Source: an uncultured Acidobacteriia bacterium
GTDB taxonomy: Bacteria > Acidobacteriota > Terriglobia > Bryobacterales > Bryobacteraceae
DNA length: 64,000 bases
Direction: 5' to 3'
NCBI GenBank assembly: GCA_903828455.1
Contig: CAIKMJ010000036.1
Location: 35,973 to 99,972, forward strand
Part shown: positions 8,781 through 17,520 of the stretch, piece after piece
How positions within the stretch are numbered: position 1 is the stretch's first letter
Layout of the letters: the number at the start of each line of letters is the position of its first letter
The notes under the pieces: model-generated
Database searches by the model: none
What the model saw: the letters and a program-made list of their open reading frames with translations, nothing else
What the model was told of the DNA's origin: nothing
Translations under genes and position numbers: made by a program

Positions 8781-9014
8781 AATTCCCTGCCGGCACAGTA
8801 CCGCGACATTCGCGACAGCAGAGACACTGCGGCTGTGCCTGTTGCGCACCGGTCCGCACCGGATGGTACCCAGCCGGACAATAACACGACAAAACGGCGC
8901 CGGGGAGCGGGATCGCGGCAAGTGATTGATTCCGGACGGACGATTATTTAACAAGCACCGAACCGGCGGTCAATGACGGCTCGGCGGAGCGTGAAGGGCT
9001 CCAAAAAGAACGGT

Positions 9015-9045
9015 GGGCACGCTGCGTTCCAGTCGCAGCGTGCCC
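9015..9045 (-). terminator. intrinsic terminator-like hairpin (12-bp perfect stem, 7-nt loop) with U-run on the minus strand
   Basis: gggcacgctgcg (9015-9026) pairs with cgcagcgtgccc (9034-9045). On the minus strand it is followed by ACCGUUCUUUUUGG (9014-9001). Confidence 0.65.
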
Positions 9046-9057
9046 GGGTATGTATAG

Positions 9058-9136
9058 CAAGGACAGAGTAAAAGGACTACGAGGACAACCAATGAGAGGA
9101 CAAGCAACGAATGGACAACCAATGAAAACGGGGAAG
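9058..9136. repeat. periodic GGAC(A/T)A array (5-6 GGA motifs, mostly 13-15 nt apart)
   Basis: GGA at 9061, 9074, 9083, 9098, 9113 and 9132. ggacaaccaatga occurs twice (9083, 9113). The minus-strand reading gives repeated UUGUCC / CCUC motifs immediately upstream of the 9015-9045 hairpin. Confidence 0.7.
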
Positions 9137-9402
9137 CTTTGCGCCAGGCGTCACGCGACGGCCAGGTTCGAGGCGGCGGACCGAACGATTCCGCTTCGAA
9201 TGTTGCCGTTGTTTGTAAGCGTTCGCCTTCACTGAGTTCATTTTTAAACGAACGGCCTGGCGATTCCTAGCTAACGAACGGCATCAGAGACCTGGGGGCG
9301 GATCGGGCCCGGTGATAACTGAAGCCGTTCGTCATATTCGGCGAGGCGTTTGGTTAGCGGCCGGAGTTTTGGGTGGCGATCCGGCCGCGGGGCGGCTGCG
9401 GT

Positions 9403-10434
9403 TCAGTACTTCTTCGTGACCTGCGAGGCGGGGTTGGATACCTCGAAGTGTCCGTTCTTGTGGGCCACCAGTTTGAGATAGTTGCCGGCGTCGCTGCCGC
9501 CCATGAGGTTGGCGGTCAGGCCGGGGTCGGTGTTGCGCTCCTTGCCGCCGGAGGCGATCTGGTGCAACTGCCAGAGGTCGACGAGGCCGGGCGAGGTGTG
9601 GACCACGTCCCAGGCCGGGGCCTGGCCGCCTTTCTTTTCGCCGTTGTTCATGATGGCCACTTTGGGATGCAGGGCGTGGACGAGGGCGGGCGAGCTGCTG
9701 ATCGCCATGCCGTGATGGCTGACGACGAGAAGATCGACGGGGGCGATTTTTGCGTTCGGGCACATGAGGTCGAGTTCCTTGTTCCACGTGAGGTCGCCGA
9801 GATCGACGATGCGGAATTTGCCGTAGGTGATGTAGCTGCCGGTGGATTGGGCGTTTTCGGTGGTATCGACGTCCTGCGGCTTCACGCCGGCGCATATGGC
9901 GTTCGGCTTCCCTGCCCCGGCGAGCGGCTTTTCGATGACCTTGCCGGCGGCGGAGACGATCTGCCAGTCGAGCCCTTTGACGGGGAGCTTGTCGCCCGGC
10001 TTCGCCACGATGTGGTTGCCTTTGGAGGCGACTTCGAGATAGCCGGCGTAGAGTTTTTTCGCGGCGTCGGCGGTTTCGACGGTTTCGCCGTGGTCGACGA
10101 AGTTCTTCACGGGCAGACGGGCGGCAAGCGCCGCGACGCCGCCGACGTGGTCGCCGTGATAGTGGGTGGTGATGAGGTAATCGATCTGCGTGACGCCGGC
10201 GTCTTTGGCGGCGGCGGCGATGCGTTTAGCGTCGCGCTCGGCGTTGCTCTCGCCGGGAAAGCCGGTGTCGATCAGGACGGTTTGGCCGGAGGGGGTGACG
10301 AAGAGAGTCGACTGGCCGCCTTCCACGTCGATGAAGTACGCGGTCAGGTCGCTGGAGGCGGCGAACGAGGGGGAGATAAGAAGCGAGAGCGAAAACAGCA
10401 GAGCCGGGGCGGCGGAAATCTTCATGGACCGCAT
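9403..10434 (-). CDS. secreted MBL-fold metallo-hydrolase
   Basis: ORF 9403..10500. Signal peptide MRSMKISAAPALLFSLSLLISPSFA, then the THYHGDHVGG (HxHxDH) metallo-beta-lactamase motif and a later SHHG. Confidence 0.8.
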   Translation of the reverse strand: MRSMKISAAPALLFSLSLLISPSFAASSDLTAYFIDVEGGQSTLFVTPSGQTVLIDTGFPGESNAERDAKRIAAAAKDAGVTQIDYLITTHYHGDHVGGVAALAARLPVKNFVDHGETVETADAAKKLYAGYLEVASKGNHIVAKPGDKLPVKGLDWQIVSAAGKVIEKPLAGAGKPNAICAGVKPQDVDTTENAQSTGSYITYGKFRIVDLGDLTWNKELDLMCPNAKIAPVDLLVVSHHGMAISSSPALVHALHPKVAIMNNGEKKGGQAPAWDVVHTSPGLVDLWQLHQIASGGKERNTDPGLTANLMGGSDAGNYLKLVAHKNGHFEVSNPASQVTKKY

Positions 10435-10526
10435 GCTATCACGAAGCGCGGAGCAAGGGCGGGAGCGCGGCAGGGGGAACTTGCGTGAACGGGCAGGCAT
10501 GCTGTAACGTACTGTCAGTCAGACAG

Positions 10527-11090
10527 ATGCCTTACTGCACACAATGCGGAAACGCCGCCCGGCCGGAGGACCTTTACTGCAAGTTTTGCGGGGCGCGGCA
10601 GGCGGGGTCAGGGCAGGCGGGGTCAGGGCAGGCAAAGACGGGCGCGGGGTCGGGCGCGGGCGACCGGCAAGGGCAAACGCCACGGCCGCCACGTTCGGGC
10701 GCGTCGCCGTTTGCAGGAGCCGCCGGGGCCGGGCGTTATTCCGACCTGCTGGACCGGATCACGCCGCGGACGGCGGCGATCCTGTGCTATCTGCCGACGG
10801 TGGGCTGGATGCCTTCGGTGACCGTGGTGGCTTCGGGACGCTATAAAAACAATCACATTCTGCGCTTTCATGCGTTCCAGGGGCTTTACCTTTTCGCGTG
10901 CTGGCTGGCGGATAAATGGGTGGTGAGGCCGCTGATTCTGGCGCTGCCCGATCATTCGATCCGGCTGGACAGCGTCATTGAAGCGGTGCTTTTCTGCACG
11001 TGGATTTTCATGATGGTGAAGGCGGCGCGGGACGAGGCCTATGTGTTGCCGATCGTGGGTGAACTAGCCCAGCGCGCGGCGTCGGAGTAA
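10527..11090 (+). CDS. zinc-ribbon domain membrane protein (DUF4870-like C-terminal half)
   Basis: ATG at 10527 gives MPYCTQCGN...YCKFCG (CxxC...CxxC zinc ribbon). A Gly/Ser/Gln-rich linker contains a 15-bp in-frame duplication (AGSGQAGSGQ). Two or three TM helices follow. Confidence 0.65.
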   Translation: MPYCTQCGNAARPEDLYCKFCGARQAGSGQAGSGQAKTGAGSGAGDRQGQTPRPPRSGASPFAGAAGAGRYSDLLDRITPRTAAILCYLPTVGWMPSVTVVASGRYKNNHILRFHAFQGLYLFACWLADKWVVRPLILALPDHSIRLDSVIEAVLFCTWIFMMVKAARDEAYVLPIVGELAQRAASE

Positions 11091-11246
11091 GAATCCTCTT
11101 TCAATCCGCAAAAATCGCGGTACTATTAGGGTACGGCTGTCTGATGCCGCTGTCTGCTACCTTGCCCGCCTTTTGCTCACATTCCCGGCCGAGATTAGCT
11201 TTTGATGACCAAGCCTGCCTTTGGGGCAGTTAGAAGGAGTATTGCG

Positions 11247-11612
11247 TTGAAGAATATTTATGTCGGGAACGTTTCGTTCCGGACCACCGAACAGGACATC
11301 GAGGCTCTTTTCGCCGCGTATGGACAAGTTGAAAGAGTACAGATTGTGAAGGACCGCGAGACCGGGCAGTCGCGCGGGTTTGCCTTCGTGGAAATGCCGG
11401 GCGACGCGGAAGCGGACAAGGCGATTGCAAGTCTCAATGGTGCAGAACTCGGCGGGCGCACGCTGACAGTGAACGAAGCTCGTCCGCGCGAACCGCGCAC
11501 GGGCGGCGGCGGGTTTGGCGGCGGCGGCGGCAACCGTTACGGCGGTGGTGGCGGCGGCGGCCGTGGTGGCTCGGGCGGCGGCGGTGGCCGTTCGCGCGAA
11601 CCGCGCTGGTAA
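11247..11612 (+). CDS. glycine-rich RNA-binding protein (single RRM domain)
   Basis: TTG start 7 nt after GAAGGAG. RNP2 IYVGNV and RNP1 RGFAFVEM are present. The C-terminal tail is rich in Gly and Arg. Confidence 0.9.
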   Translation: MKNIYVGNVSFRTTEQDIEALFAAYGQVERVQIVKDRETGQSRGFAFVEMPGDAEADKAIASLNGAELGGRTLTVNEARPREPRTGGGGFGGGGGNRYGGGGGGGRGGSGGGGGRSREPRW

Positions 11613-11640
11613 CAAACTCCTTTCATTTCAAAGTAATAAG

Positions 11641-11680
11641 CGGCGGCAGGGCTTTCGGGTCCGGCCGCCGTTTTGCTTTT
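11641..11680 (+). terminator. rho-independent terminator after the RRM gene
   Basis: cggcggc (11641-11647) pairs with gccgccg (11664-11670) and is followed by ttttgctttt. Confidence 0.7.
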
Positions 11681-11816
11681 CCGGACAGCGGGAGGGGCCC
11701 AGGGGTACTGGCTTTTGCGGCCCGCGAGGCGGCAGTACCGCGTGGGACTCAAACGCGCCCGGGGCGCTGGACTGTCCGTCGATCTGCCTTCAGGATGTTT
11801 AAGAGGAGGCAAATCC

Positions 11817-13076
11817 ATGCGTTTTGGAATGATCGTCGCCGTCGCGCTCTCAATCGGGACGGCGGCTTACGCGGGGCCATTTACATTAACGGGATCGATT
11901 GCGGCGGTGGAGCAACTGGATACCAATGCGACCGACCCGAGCGGCAGCAACATTCAGACGCTGGAGGGCGAGTTCGCCATCAACGCCAACGCGGGCTCGG
12001 GGTACCTGAACGTGCTCGACGCCAGCGGTAACTGGGTGGTGCAGAATCTGCTGCTGGGCGTGAGCGGCATGTCGGGACAGATCACGGACCGGATGTCTCT
12101 GCTGGCGGGTACGACGAACCTTTCCTCGGAAAACCTGACGGCGGATCTGAGCGCGACGCCGCTGACAAGTTTCAATACATCGATCGCCAGCAGTCTAAGC
12201 GACACGGTTTCGACGCTGGGCGTGACGGAGATGACGCTGGCGATTGGCGGCACGGTGACGAACAGCACGCTGACCGACAGCGAGGACGGGATCTCGCTGA
12301 ATCCGGCCGGCAACGTGGCGTTTGGCGGCGGCGCGAACTCGATCACGTTTCAGACGGGGCACCAGAACGTGGAAGCGGCGGTCAATCAGTGCGCGCCGGC
12401 GGCGGTGGCGAACAGCCTGACGTACCTGGGGGTCAATCCGCTGGGCAACAACCCGGGGTCGTTCGGAAGTCCGCAGATTCCGTATGCGAACTCGCTGGTG
12501 GCGGCTCTGGATGTGGCGATGGGGCGCTCGGCGACGGGTTGCAACGGCGGACCGTGCGGGGTGTGGCCGCTGCTGGGCAAGCTCAACTATATTGGGCAGA
12601 ATCCGTCGCTGGCGGCGAACCTGACGGTGAATTATCAGGACGCGACGACCGGACAGGGGCTGACGGGCAATCAGACGAATAACGGAGTCACGGCGGTTTA
12701 CCAGGGAAGGCCGACGTGGTCCTACATTCAGAGCGAACTCGCCGCCGGGGAAGACGTGGAAATCGACATTCAGTGGAATTGCGGTACGGCGATCAATCCG
12801 CAGACGTGCCGGCACTACGTGGAAGTGACGGGCGCGGGCACGATACTGGGGCAGCAGTGGATCACGACGGTATCCGACCAGTTGCAGGGGCAGGTGGGCG
12901 GCACCAACACGACGCAGTTCGACTGGGTGACGGGCAACAATGGATTGCCGGGCTGGGGAACGGGCGCGATCATCGACCAGGTGATCACGGAATCGACGCC
13001 GGAGCCGGGCACGATTGCGCTGCTTGGCATCGGGCTGGCGGGATTGGCGGGATTCCGGAAGTACCGGCTGGGGTAG
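11817..13076 (+). CDS. PEP-CTERM-sorted secreted protein with putative C39-like (papain-fold) cysteine peptidase domain
   Basis: ATG 11817 follows AGAGGAGG. Signal peptide MRFGMIVAVALSIGTAAYA. C-terminal PEPGTIALLGIGLAGLAGFRKYRLG is the PEP-CTERM motif plus TM plus basic tail. The internal NQCAPAAVANSLTYLG and RHYVEVTG resemble the C39-like Cys/His motifs. Confidence 0.8.
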   Translation: MRFGMIVAVALSIGTAAYAGPFTLTGSIAAVEQLDTNATDPSGSNIQTLEGEFAINANAGSGYLNVLDASGNWVVQNLLLGVSGMSGQITDRMSLLAGTTNLSSENLTADLSATPLTSFNTSIASSLSDTVSTLGVTEMTLAIGGTVTNSTLTDSEDGISLNPAGNVAFGGGANSITFQTGHQNVEAAVNQCAPAAVANSLTYLGVNPLGNNPGSFGSPQIPYANSLVAALDVAMGRSATGCNGGPCGVWPLLGKLNYIGQNPSLAANLTVNYQDATTGQGLTGNQTNNGVTAVYQGRPTWSYIQSELAAGEDVEIDIQWNCGTAINPQTCRHYVEVTGAGTILGQQWITTVSDQLQGQVGGTNTTQFDWVTGNNGLPGWGTGAIIDQVITESTPEPGTIALLGIGLAGLAGFRKYRLG

Positions 13077-13332
13077 AGGTCACTTCCGCAGGAGGTCTCC
13101 GCTGCCGTGCGATTCGTTGTGCGGCGGCGATCCCGCTGGCAATGTCGGGTGCGCGTTTTCCGGTCTGAGAGGATTCGTTCGCAGACAGAAACCAGCGGAT
13201 AAGCACGGCGCACCGGATCTGGAGGGGGCTGCGGCTGGTCAGATTCGGCGTTGTCAGGGGCGAAAATCGCGTGGCGATCCGATGATCCACCAGCGACCGG
13301 GATTGGCGCAGCGCGAGGCGCCGATAGCCCTG

Positions 13333-14730
13333 CTACTGAAAAAGCGCGCTGAAGTGCTTTTCCTTGACCTTGAAAAACTTGATCTGTGTCGATCCGGTCA
13401 CGGTGATGTAGAACTCTCGCTTGCTGTCCTGCCCGCGGAGCCGTTCGACATCGGGCATCAGAAACGAAGCAACACCGGTCGAAAAATTGGCCGACCGCAG
13501 GGCGCTGTTTGTTGTGACCGATCCATTTTCCAACTGAACCGGCTGCACGATGTCCTGGCGCGTGGTGTCGGTGATAACGATCCTATGGACTGACGAGGAA
13601 ATGGCGAAGCCGGAGCCGTTGAGATACTCGGGCGTGCTGGGCATGGCAACGACGTGAAGCATTTTTACGCGCATGTCGGCAGTTACGCTTGCGACGGTAA
13701 ATGGCAACATTTCGCGACTGGCGTTAACGGCCATTTGTTCGATCCACTGCTGGGGCGAGTAGACGAAGATGGTGTATCCGGATACGGCGCTTTGACGAGC
13801 GCAGGCCGCGCAGTGAGAGTTCGAGACTGCGGCAGTGAGCGCCGAGCCCCACACCGTCTCCTGGTCATTCAGCATTAATCCGATGCGGCGGTGCGGGTTC
13901 AGCCGGGCCTTCGCGATAGCGGCGGCGACTTCGGCGTCGGTCAGCATGTCCGGGCCGTATTGGGGGGATGCAGCCGGGTCGAGCGGCGGCGCCGCAGCAA
14001 TCGAGGTCTCAGACGGATACGGCCTCGGCGGTTCCCAGCCTACCGGCGCACTGATACCGGACCCGGTGAACGAGTTGACCGCGGGCCCGACAACAGGTGT
14101 GGGAGAGACAGATTCGGTCCGATGAATCGGCGCAGTGGCAACCGGTGCGACCACGGCAGGTGCGTTTACGGCGGGCGAAATGGCGGTCGGCGCAACTGCG
14201 GTGGGCGCAACTGCGGTGTGCGCAACTGCGGTGTGCGCAATGGCGATGTGCGCAATGGCGGTGGGCGCAATGGCAGCGGGTGCAACTGCGGTGGACGCAA
14301 TGGCAGCGGGTGCAACGGCGGTGGGCGCAATGGCAGCGGGTGCAACTGCGGTGGACGCAATGGCAGCGGGTGCAACGGCGGTGGGTGCAATGGCAGCGGG
14401 TGTCTGGGGCAGGACGGCGGGAACTGAAGCGGCAGACGAGGAGATTGCGGCAGCCGTGGCGATGGGCCCCATGTTGTTGGCACGGTCGCGCATGACATTG
14501 ATAATTTCCTGCGCATCATGCTTCGACGCGCCGGAGATGATCAGTTCATTGAATGTCGCGTCACCAATCGTCAACGATATCAGCGGCGCATTTTTGATGG
14601 CCTGGGCAATCATTTCGACAGGAACCGCACCACGGACCATGGCCCGAATCGTCTGATTGGTCATCATGCCGGACTGGGCCGGCGACAGGGCCGCACCCAT
14701 CAGAATCAAAGCTGCGATAGCACTTTTCAA
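13333..14730 (-). CDS. secreted protein with Ala/Pro/Thr pentapeptide-repeat linker
   Basis: 465 aa. Signal peptide MKSAIAALILMGAALSPAQS. The central section is (A/T)(A/V)(A/I)AP-type repeats, and the C-terminal about 220-aa domain is unrecognised. Confidence 0.7.
   Translation of the reverse strand: MKSAIAALILMGAALSPAQSGMMTNQTIRAMVRGAVPVEMIAQAIKNAPLISLTIGDATFNELIISGASKHDAQEIINVMRDRANNMGPIATAAAISSSAASVPAVLPQTPAAIAPTAVAPAAIASTAVAPAAIAPTAVAPAAIASTAVAPAAIAPTAIAHIAIAHTAVAHTAVAPTAVAPTAISPAVNAPAVVAPVATAPIHRTESVSPTPVVGPAVNSFTGSGISAPVGWEPPRPYPSETSIAAAPPLDPAASPQYGPDMLTDAEVAAAIAKARLNPHRRIGLMLNDQETVWGSALTAAVSNSHCAACARQSAVSGYTIFVYSPQQWIEQMAVNASREMLPFTVASVTADMRVKMLHVVAMPSTPEYLNGSGFAISSSVHRIVITDTTRQDIVQPVQLENGSVTTNSALRSANFSTGVASFLMPDVERLRGQDSKREFYITVTGSTQIKFFKVKEKHFSALFQ
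14176..14402. repeat. intragenic 15-bp tandem repeat (about 15 units) with a 60-bp higher-order repeat
   Basis: Units such as gcaactgcggtgggc / gcaatggcagcgggt are read directly. The block 14266-14325 recurs at +60 nt. It encodes the AIAPTAVAPA repeats of the 13333..14730 protein. Confidence 0.9.
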
Positions 14731-14970
14731 AGGTCACGCTTTCGGGATTTCCCGCCGGGGCTAAACGCCCGGTCGGGGCAAAACCATAACCGTATCGTGA
14801 CCAAATTCCCGCAGTTATACAACCTTGCTTTTCGTTGACTCATCCCATGGCAGCACAGCGACCGGCGAGGTGCCGAGTCAGCGTGACGTGCGGCACGGGC
14901 AGCGCCGAACGGTGCTTCGGACTGACGATCTGCTGCAGTCCGGAGATTGAAAACAACCCGAATTCGTGAC

Positions 14971-16392
14971 TTACTGGCCGGGCAACTTTGCCGGCGTTTT
15001 GCGGGCCAGGGCGTTGATGAGAGCGGTGTCGGGAGTGGTGCCGGCTGCCTGGGCGGCGGTGACTTCGTTGCGCGCTTCGACGTAGTCGCCGCGCAGGTAG
15101 TACATGAGCGCCAGAGTGGAATGCGCGATGCCGAGCTTCGGCTCGATGGCGATGGCGCGGCGCAGAGCGGCGATGGCGGCGTCGGTATTGCCGGCATGGG
15201 CCTCGCCGAGTGCGAGGTTGTAAAACGAAATCGACTGGTCCGGAGCCTTGGCGGCGGCGGCCCGCAACGCATCGATGTCGCGCTGGGCCTTCTCTTTAAA
15301 AGCAAGGGCCCGGGCGAGACCCTTTTTGGCCTGCGGCAGATCGGGCACCAGATCGAGCGCATCGTGGTAGGCCTGCGCGGCCGCGTCGATCTGCCCCATG
15401 CCGCTCGAAAGAACATCGCCGAGCGTTGCCAGCAGAGGCGCGTTTTTCGGTTCCAGCCGGAGAGAGGTCATGAATTCATCGATCGCCTCTTCGCGATCCT
15501 GCCGCAGCACGGCGGCACCGAGCGCGCCGTGCAGACGGGCGCTGTCGGGGTTGAGCTTCACGCCTTCGCGCAGGATGGCGAGCGCCTTGTCATCCTGCGA
15601 GTTGCGTTCGAGCGCGACGGCAAGATCGAAGCGGACCTGCACGTTTTTCGGATCGACGGCCAAACCTTCCTGATAGTGCCGGACGGCGGCAGTGTAGTTG
15701 CCGTCGGCTTCGGCCGCGGCACCGATGATCACGTGCGCCTGCAGGTCGGGCTTGGGAGCCAGATCCTCCAAAGATTCGCGGATCGACTGGAAGGCATTGC
15801 GATCCGCCGAACCATCGAGAGCATCGACGCCGCGCGCAAAATCGTAATGCCGCAGGTGGCCGATGAGGCGGACGGTTCGCGGCGAAAAGTAGCGCGAAAC
15901 CGGCTTATCGGACATGAGGGTGTCGGAGCCGGGATCGTGCGTGGCGCCGAACAGATGGGCGAGTTCGTGGGCGAGGATCAGGGTGTTGTGCGGCTCGGGC
16001 TGAGTGGGATCGTCGACGACGAGCGCGCCGTGGGAGAAGGCGGTGACGCTGCCGGTGCGGTCCGTTCTTCGCTGGCCGGTGATGCCGAGCATGAGATCGG
16101 CCGGGCAGCCGGACTCGTGGGCCAGTTCGGCGCGGCGTTCGTCGGGATCGGTCATGACGCTGGTGGGATCGGTGCGGGTGAGGTCAACGGGCAGCCAGGT
16201 GATGCCGACCTGCTGATAAATGGCGCTGACGGCTTCGAGGCGCGACTTCAGGACTTCCTGCCAGTCCGCGCGGCGGCGGAAGGCGCCGTCGGTAAAAACG
16301 CAAACGGTGATGGTACGAGGGCGCACGTAGTAGCGCCAGCCGGCGAAGCCCGCTCCGGCGAGGAGAACTGCCAATAAAATCCAGCGACGCAT
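14971..16392 (-). CDS. membrane-anchored metzincin-like zinc peptidase domain fused to TPR repeats
   Basis: 473 aa. N-terminal anchor MRRWILLAVLLAGAGFAGW. HELAHLFGATHD (HExxHxxGxxHD, nt 15934-15969). The C-terminal about 270 aa are TPR-like (AxxxYxxAL patterns). Confidence 0.75.
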   Translation of the reverse strand: MRRWILLAVLLAGAGFAGWRYYVRPRTITVCVFTDGAFRRRADWQEVLKSRLEAVSAIYQQVGITWLPVDLTRTDPTSVMTDPDERRAELAHESGCPADLMLGITGQRRTDRTGSVTAFSHGALVVDDPTQPEPHNTLILAHELAHLFGATHDPGSDTLMSDKPVSRYFSPRTVRLIGHLRHYDFARGVDALDGSADRNAFQSIRESLEDLAPKPDLQAHVIIGAAAEADGNYTAAVRHYQEGLAVDPKNVQVRFDLAVALERNSQDDKALAILREGVKLNPDSARLHGALGAAVLRQDREEAIDEFMTSLRLEPKNAPLLATLGDVLSSGMGQIDAAAQAYHDALDLVPDLPQAKKGLARALAFKEKAQRDIDALRAAAAKAPDQSISFYNLALGEAHAGNTDAAIAALRRAIAIEPKLGIAHSTLALMYYLRGDYVEARNEVTAAQAAGTTPDTALINALARKTPAKLPGQ

Positions 16393-16449
16393 TCCTTACC
16401 AGTTTGTCAGATCGGCAAACCGGAGTGCAGGACAAACCGCCGGTGCCGG

Positions 16450-17475
16450 TTACGTTTTGAGGCGCGGGAAGAGGCGCTCGGCGTTGCCGCGGTTGATGGC
16501 CTGCCAGTCGGCGACGGAGAAGCCGCGGTATTGCGACAGCGGGTTGGTGGTGAGTTCGTAGTTGCGGATGGGCACGTCGGAGCCGAACAGGATCTGCGAG
16601 ACGGGGGCGAGGTCCTTCAGTGCGTCGAGGGCGGCGGGTTTGCCGGCGTGGGCGGTTTCGTAATAGAAGCGGCGGAATTCGTACTCGACGCCATGGGGGA
16701 GCTGCGCGAGGTGGTCCTTGGGGTAATCGTCGATCATGCGGTCGGCGAGGGTGGTGATGGCGCCGCCGGAGTGAGAGAAGATGAAGCGGATATTCGGGTA
16801 GCGGGCGGGGGTGCCGTTGTAGAGCAGGCTTTCGGCGGTGCGGGCGGTATCGAGATCGTACTCGATGATGCCGGAGAGGCCGAGGCCGGGCATCAGATCG
16901 CGGCAGCAGGAGCCGGCGGCGGGATGGAAGAACACGACGGCGTTGCGGCGGTTGAGTTCGGCGAAGACGGCGTCGAAGGCGGGGTCGCCGGGCCATTTGT
17001 CGCGATAGCTGGTCCAGAGCGCGATGCCGTCGGCTTTGAGGGTGTCGTAGGCGTACTCGATTTCCCTGAGGCTGCCGTCGCGATCGGGCAGCGGAAGGGC
17101 GGCGAAGAGGCCGAAGCGGTCGGGATGATCGCGCACGACCTGGGCGCCGAAATCGTTATTGAGGCGGGCGAGCATGCGGGCGCGCTCGCTGGTCTCGCTC
17201 ATGGAGTCGAGAACCAGGCGCTGGACGGGAGAGAGGATGGAGGTGGCGATACCGTTCTTATCCATGGTTTCCAGCGAGATGGCGGGCGACCACTGGCGGG
17301 GGGTCCAGTTGGTGCGCTTGAGTTCGTCCTGCATGGCGGTGACGTAGCCGGGCGGGATCATGTGATGGTGGACGTCGATGCGTCCGGCGGGGCGGGCCTG
17401 CTGGCCGCTGGCGGGGAGCATGGCTCCGGCGCCTGCCACGGCCATGGTTCTCAAGAAATCGCGGCGGGAATGCAT
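16450..17475 (-). CDS. Tat-exported amidohydrolase-2 family (ACMSD/LigI-like) metal-dependent hydrolase
   Basis: 341 aa. Twin-arginine signal MHSRRDFLRTMAVAGAGA. IDVHHHMIPPGY is the metal-binding motif characteristic of the amidohydrolase_2 family. Confidence 0.75.
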   Translation of the reverse strand: MHSRRDFLRTMAVAGAGAMLPASGQQARPAGRIDVHHHMIPPGYVTAMQDELKRTNWTPRQWSPAISLETMDKNGIATSILSPVQRLVLDSMSETSERARMLARLNNDFGAQVVRDHPDRFGLFAALPLPDRDGSLREIEYAYDTLKADGIALWTSYRDKWPGDPAFDAVFAELNRRNAVVFFHPAAGSCCRDLMPGLGLSGIIEYDLDTARTAESLLYNGTPARYPNIRFIFSHSGGAITTLADRMIDDYPKDHLAQLPHGVEYEFRRFYYETAHAGKPAALDALKDLAPVSQILFGSDVPIRNYELTTNPLSQYRGFSVADWQAINRGNAERLFPRLKT

Positions 17476-17520
17476 GCTGGTTCTCCGTGGATCGAAATCA
17501 GACTTTCCATTCTATGCCTG

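Noticed and set aside
8475-8954. N-terminal 160-aa extension of the ABC ATPase ORF (7677..8954, 425 aa in the track)
   Set aside because: The extension is translated from the 89-90-bp tandem DNA repeats and low-complexity sequence. The ATPase domain begins right after a GTG with a GGAGA ribosome-binding site at 8474, and typical stand-alone ABC ATPases are about 260 aa.
9050-9235. 61-aa ORF in the 8.5-9.4 kb gap
   Set aside because: No RBS, odd composition (repeated GQPM encoded by the GGACAA DNA repeat) and low GC3. More plausibly it is non-coding repeat or sRNA sequence.
9373-10488. 371-aa plus-strand ORF, with similar antisense ORFs at 14947..16377, 16531..17757, 21217..22422, 23908..25863, 28164..30023, 31780..32958, 33028..34173, 39664..41199, 42678..43688, 44609..45799, 49887..51230 and 61098..62843
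   Set aside because: Each lies opposite a gene with clear family motifs. Their translations are dominated by G/A/R/D/V runs and lack any recognisable domain, so they are frame -1 or antisense shadows of GC3-rich genes.
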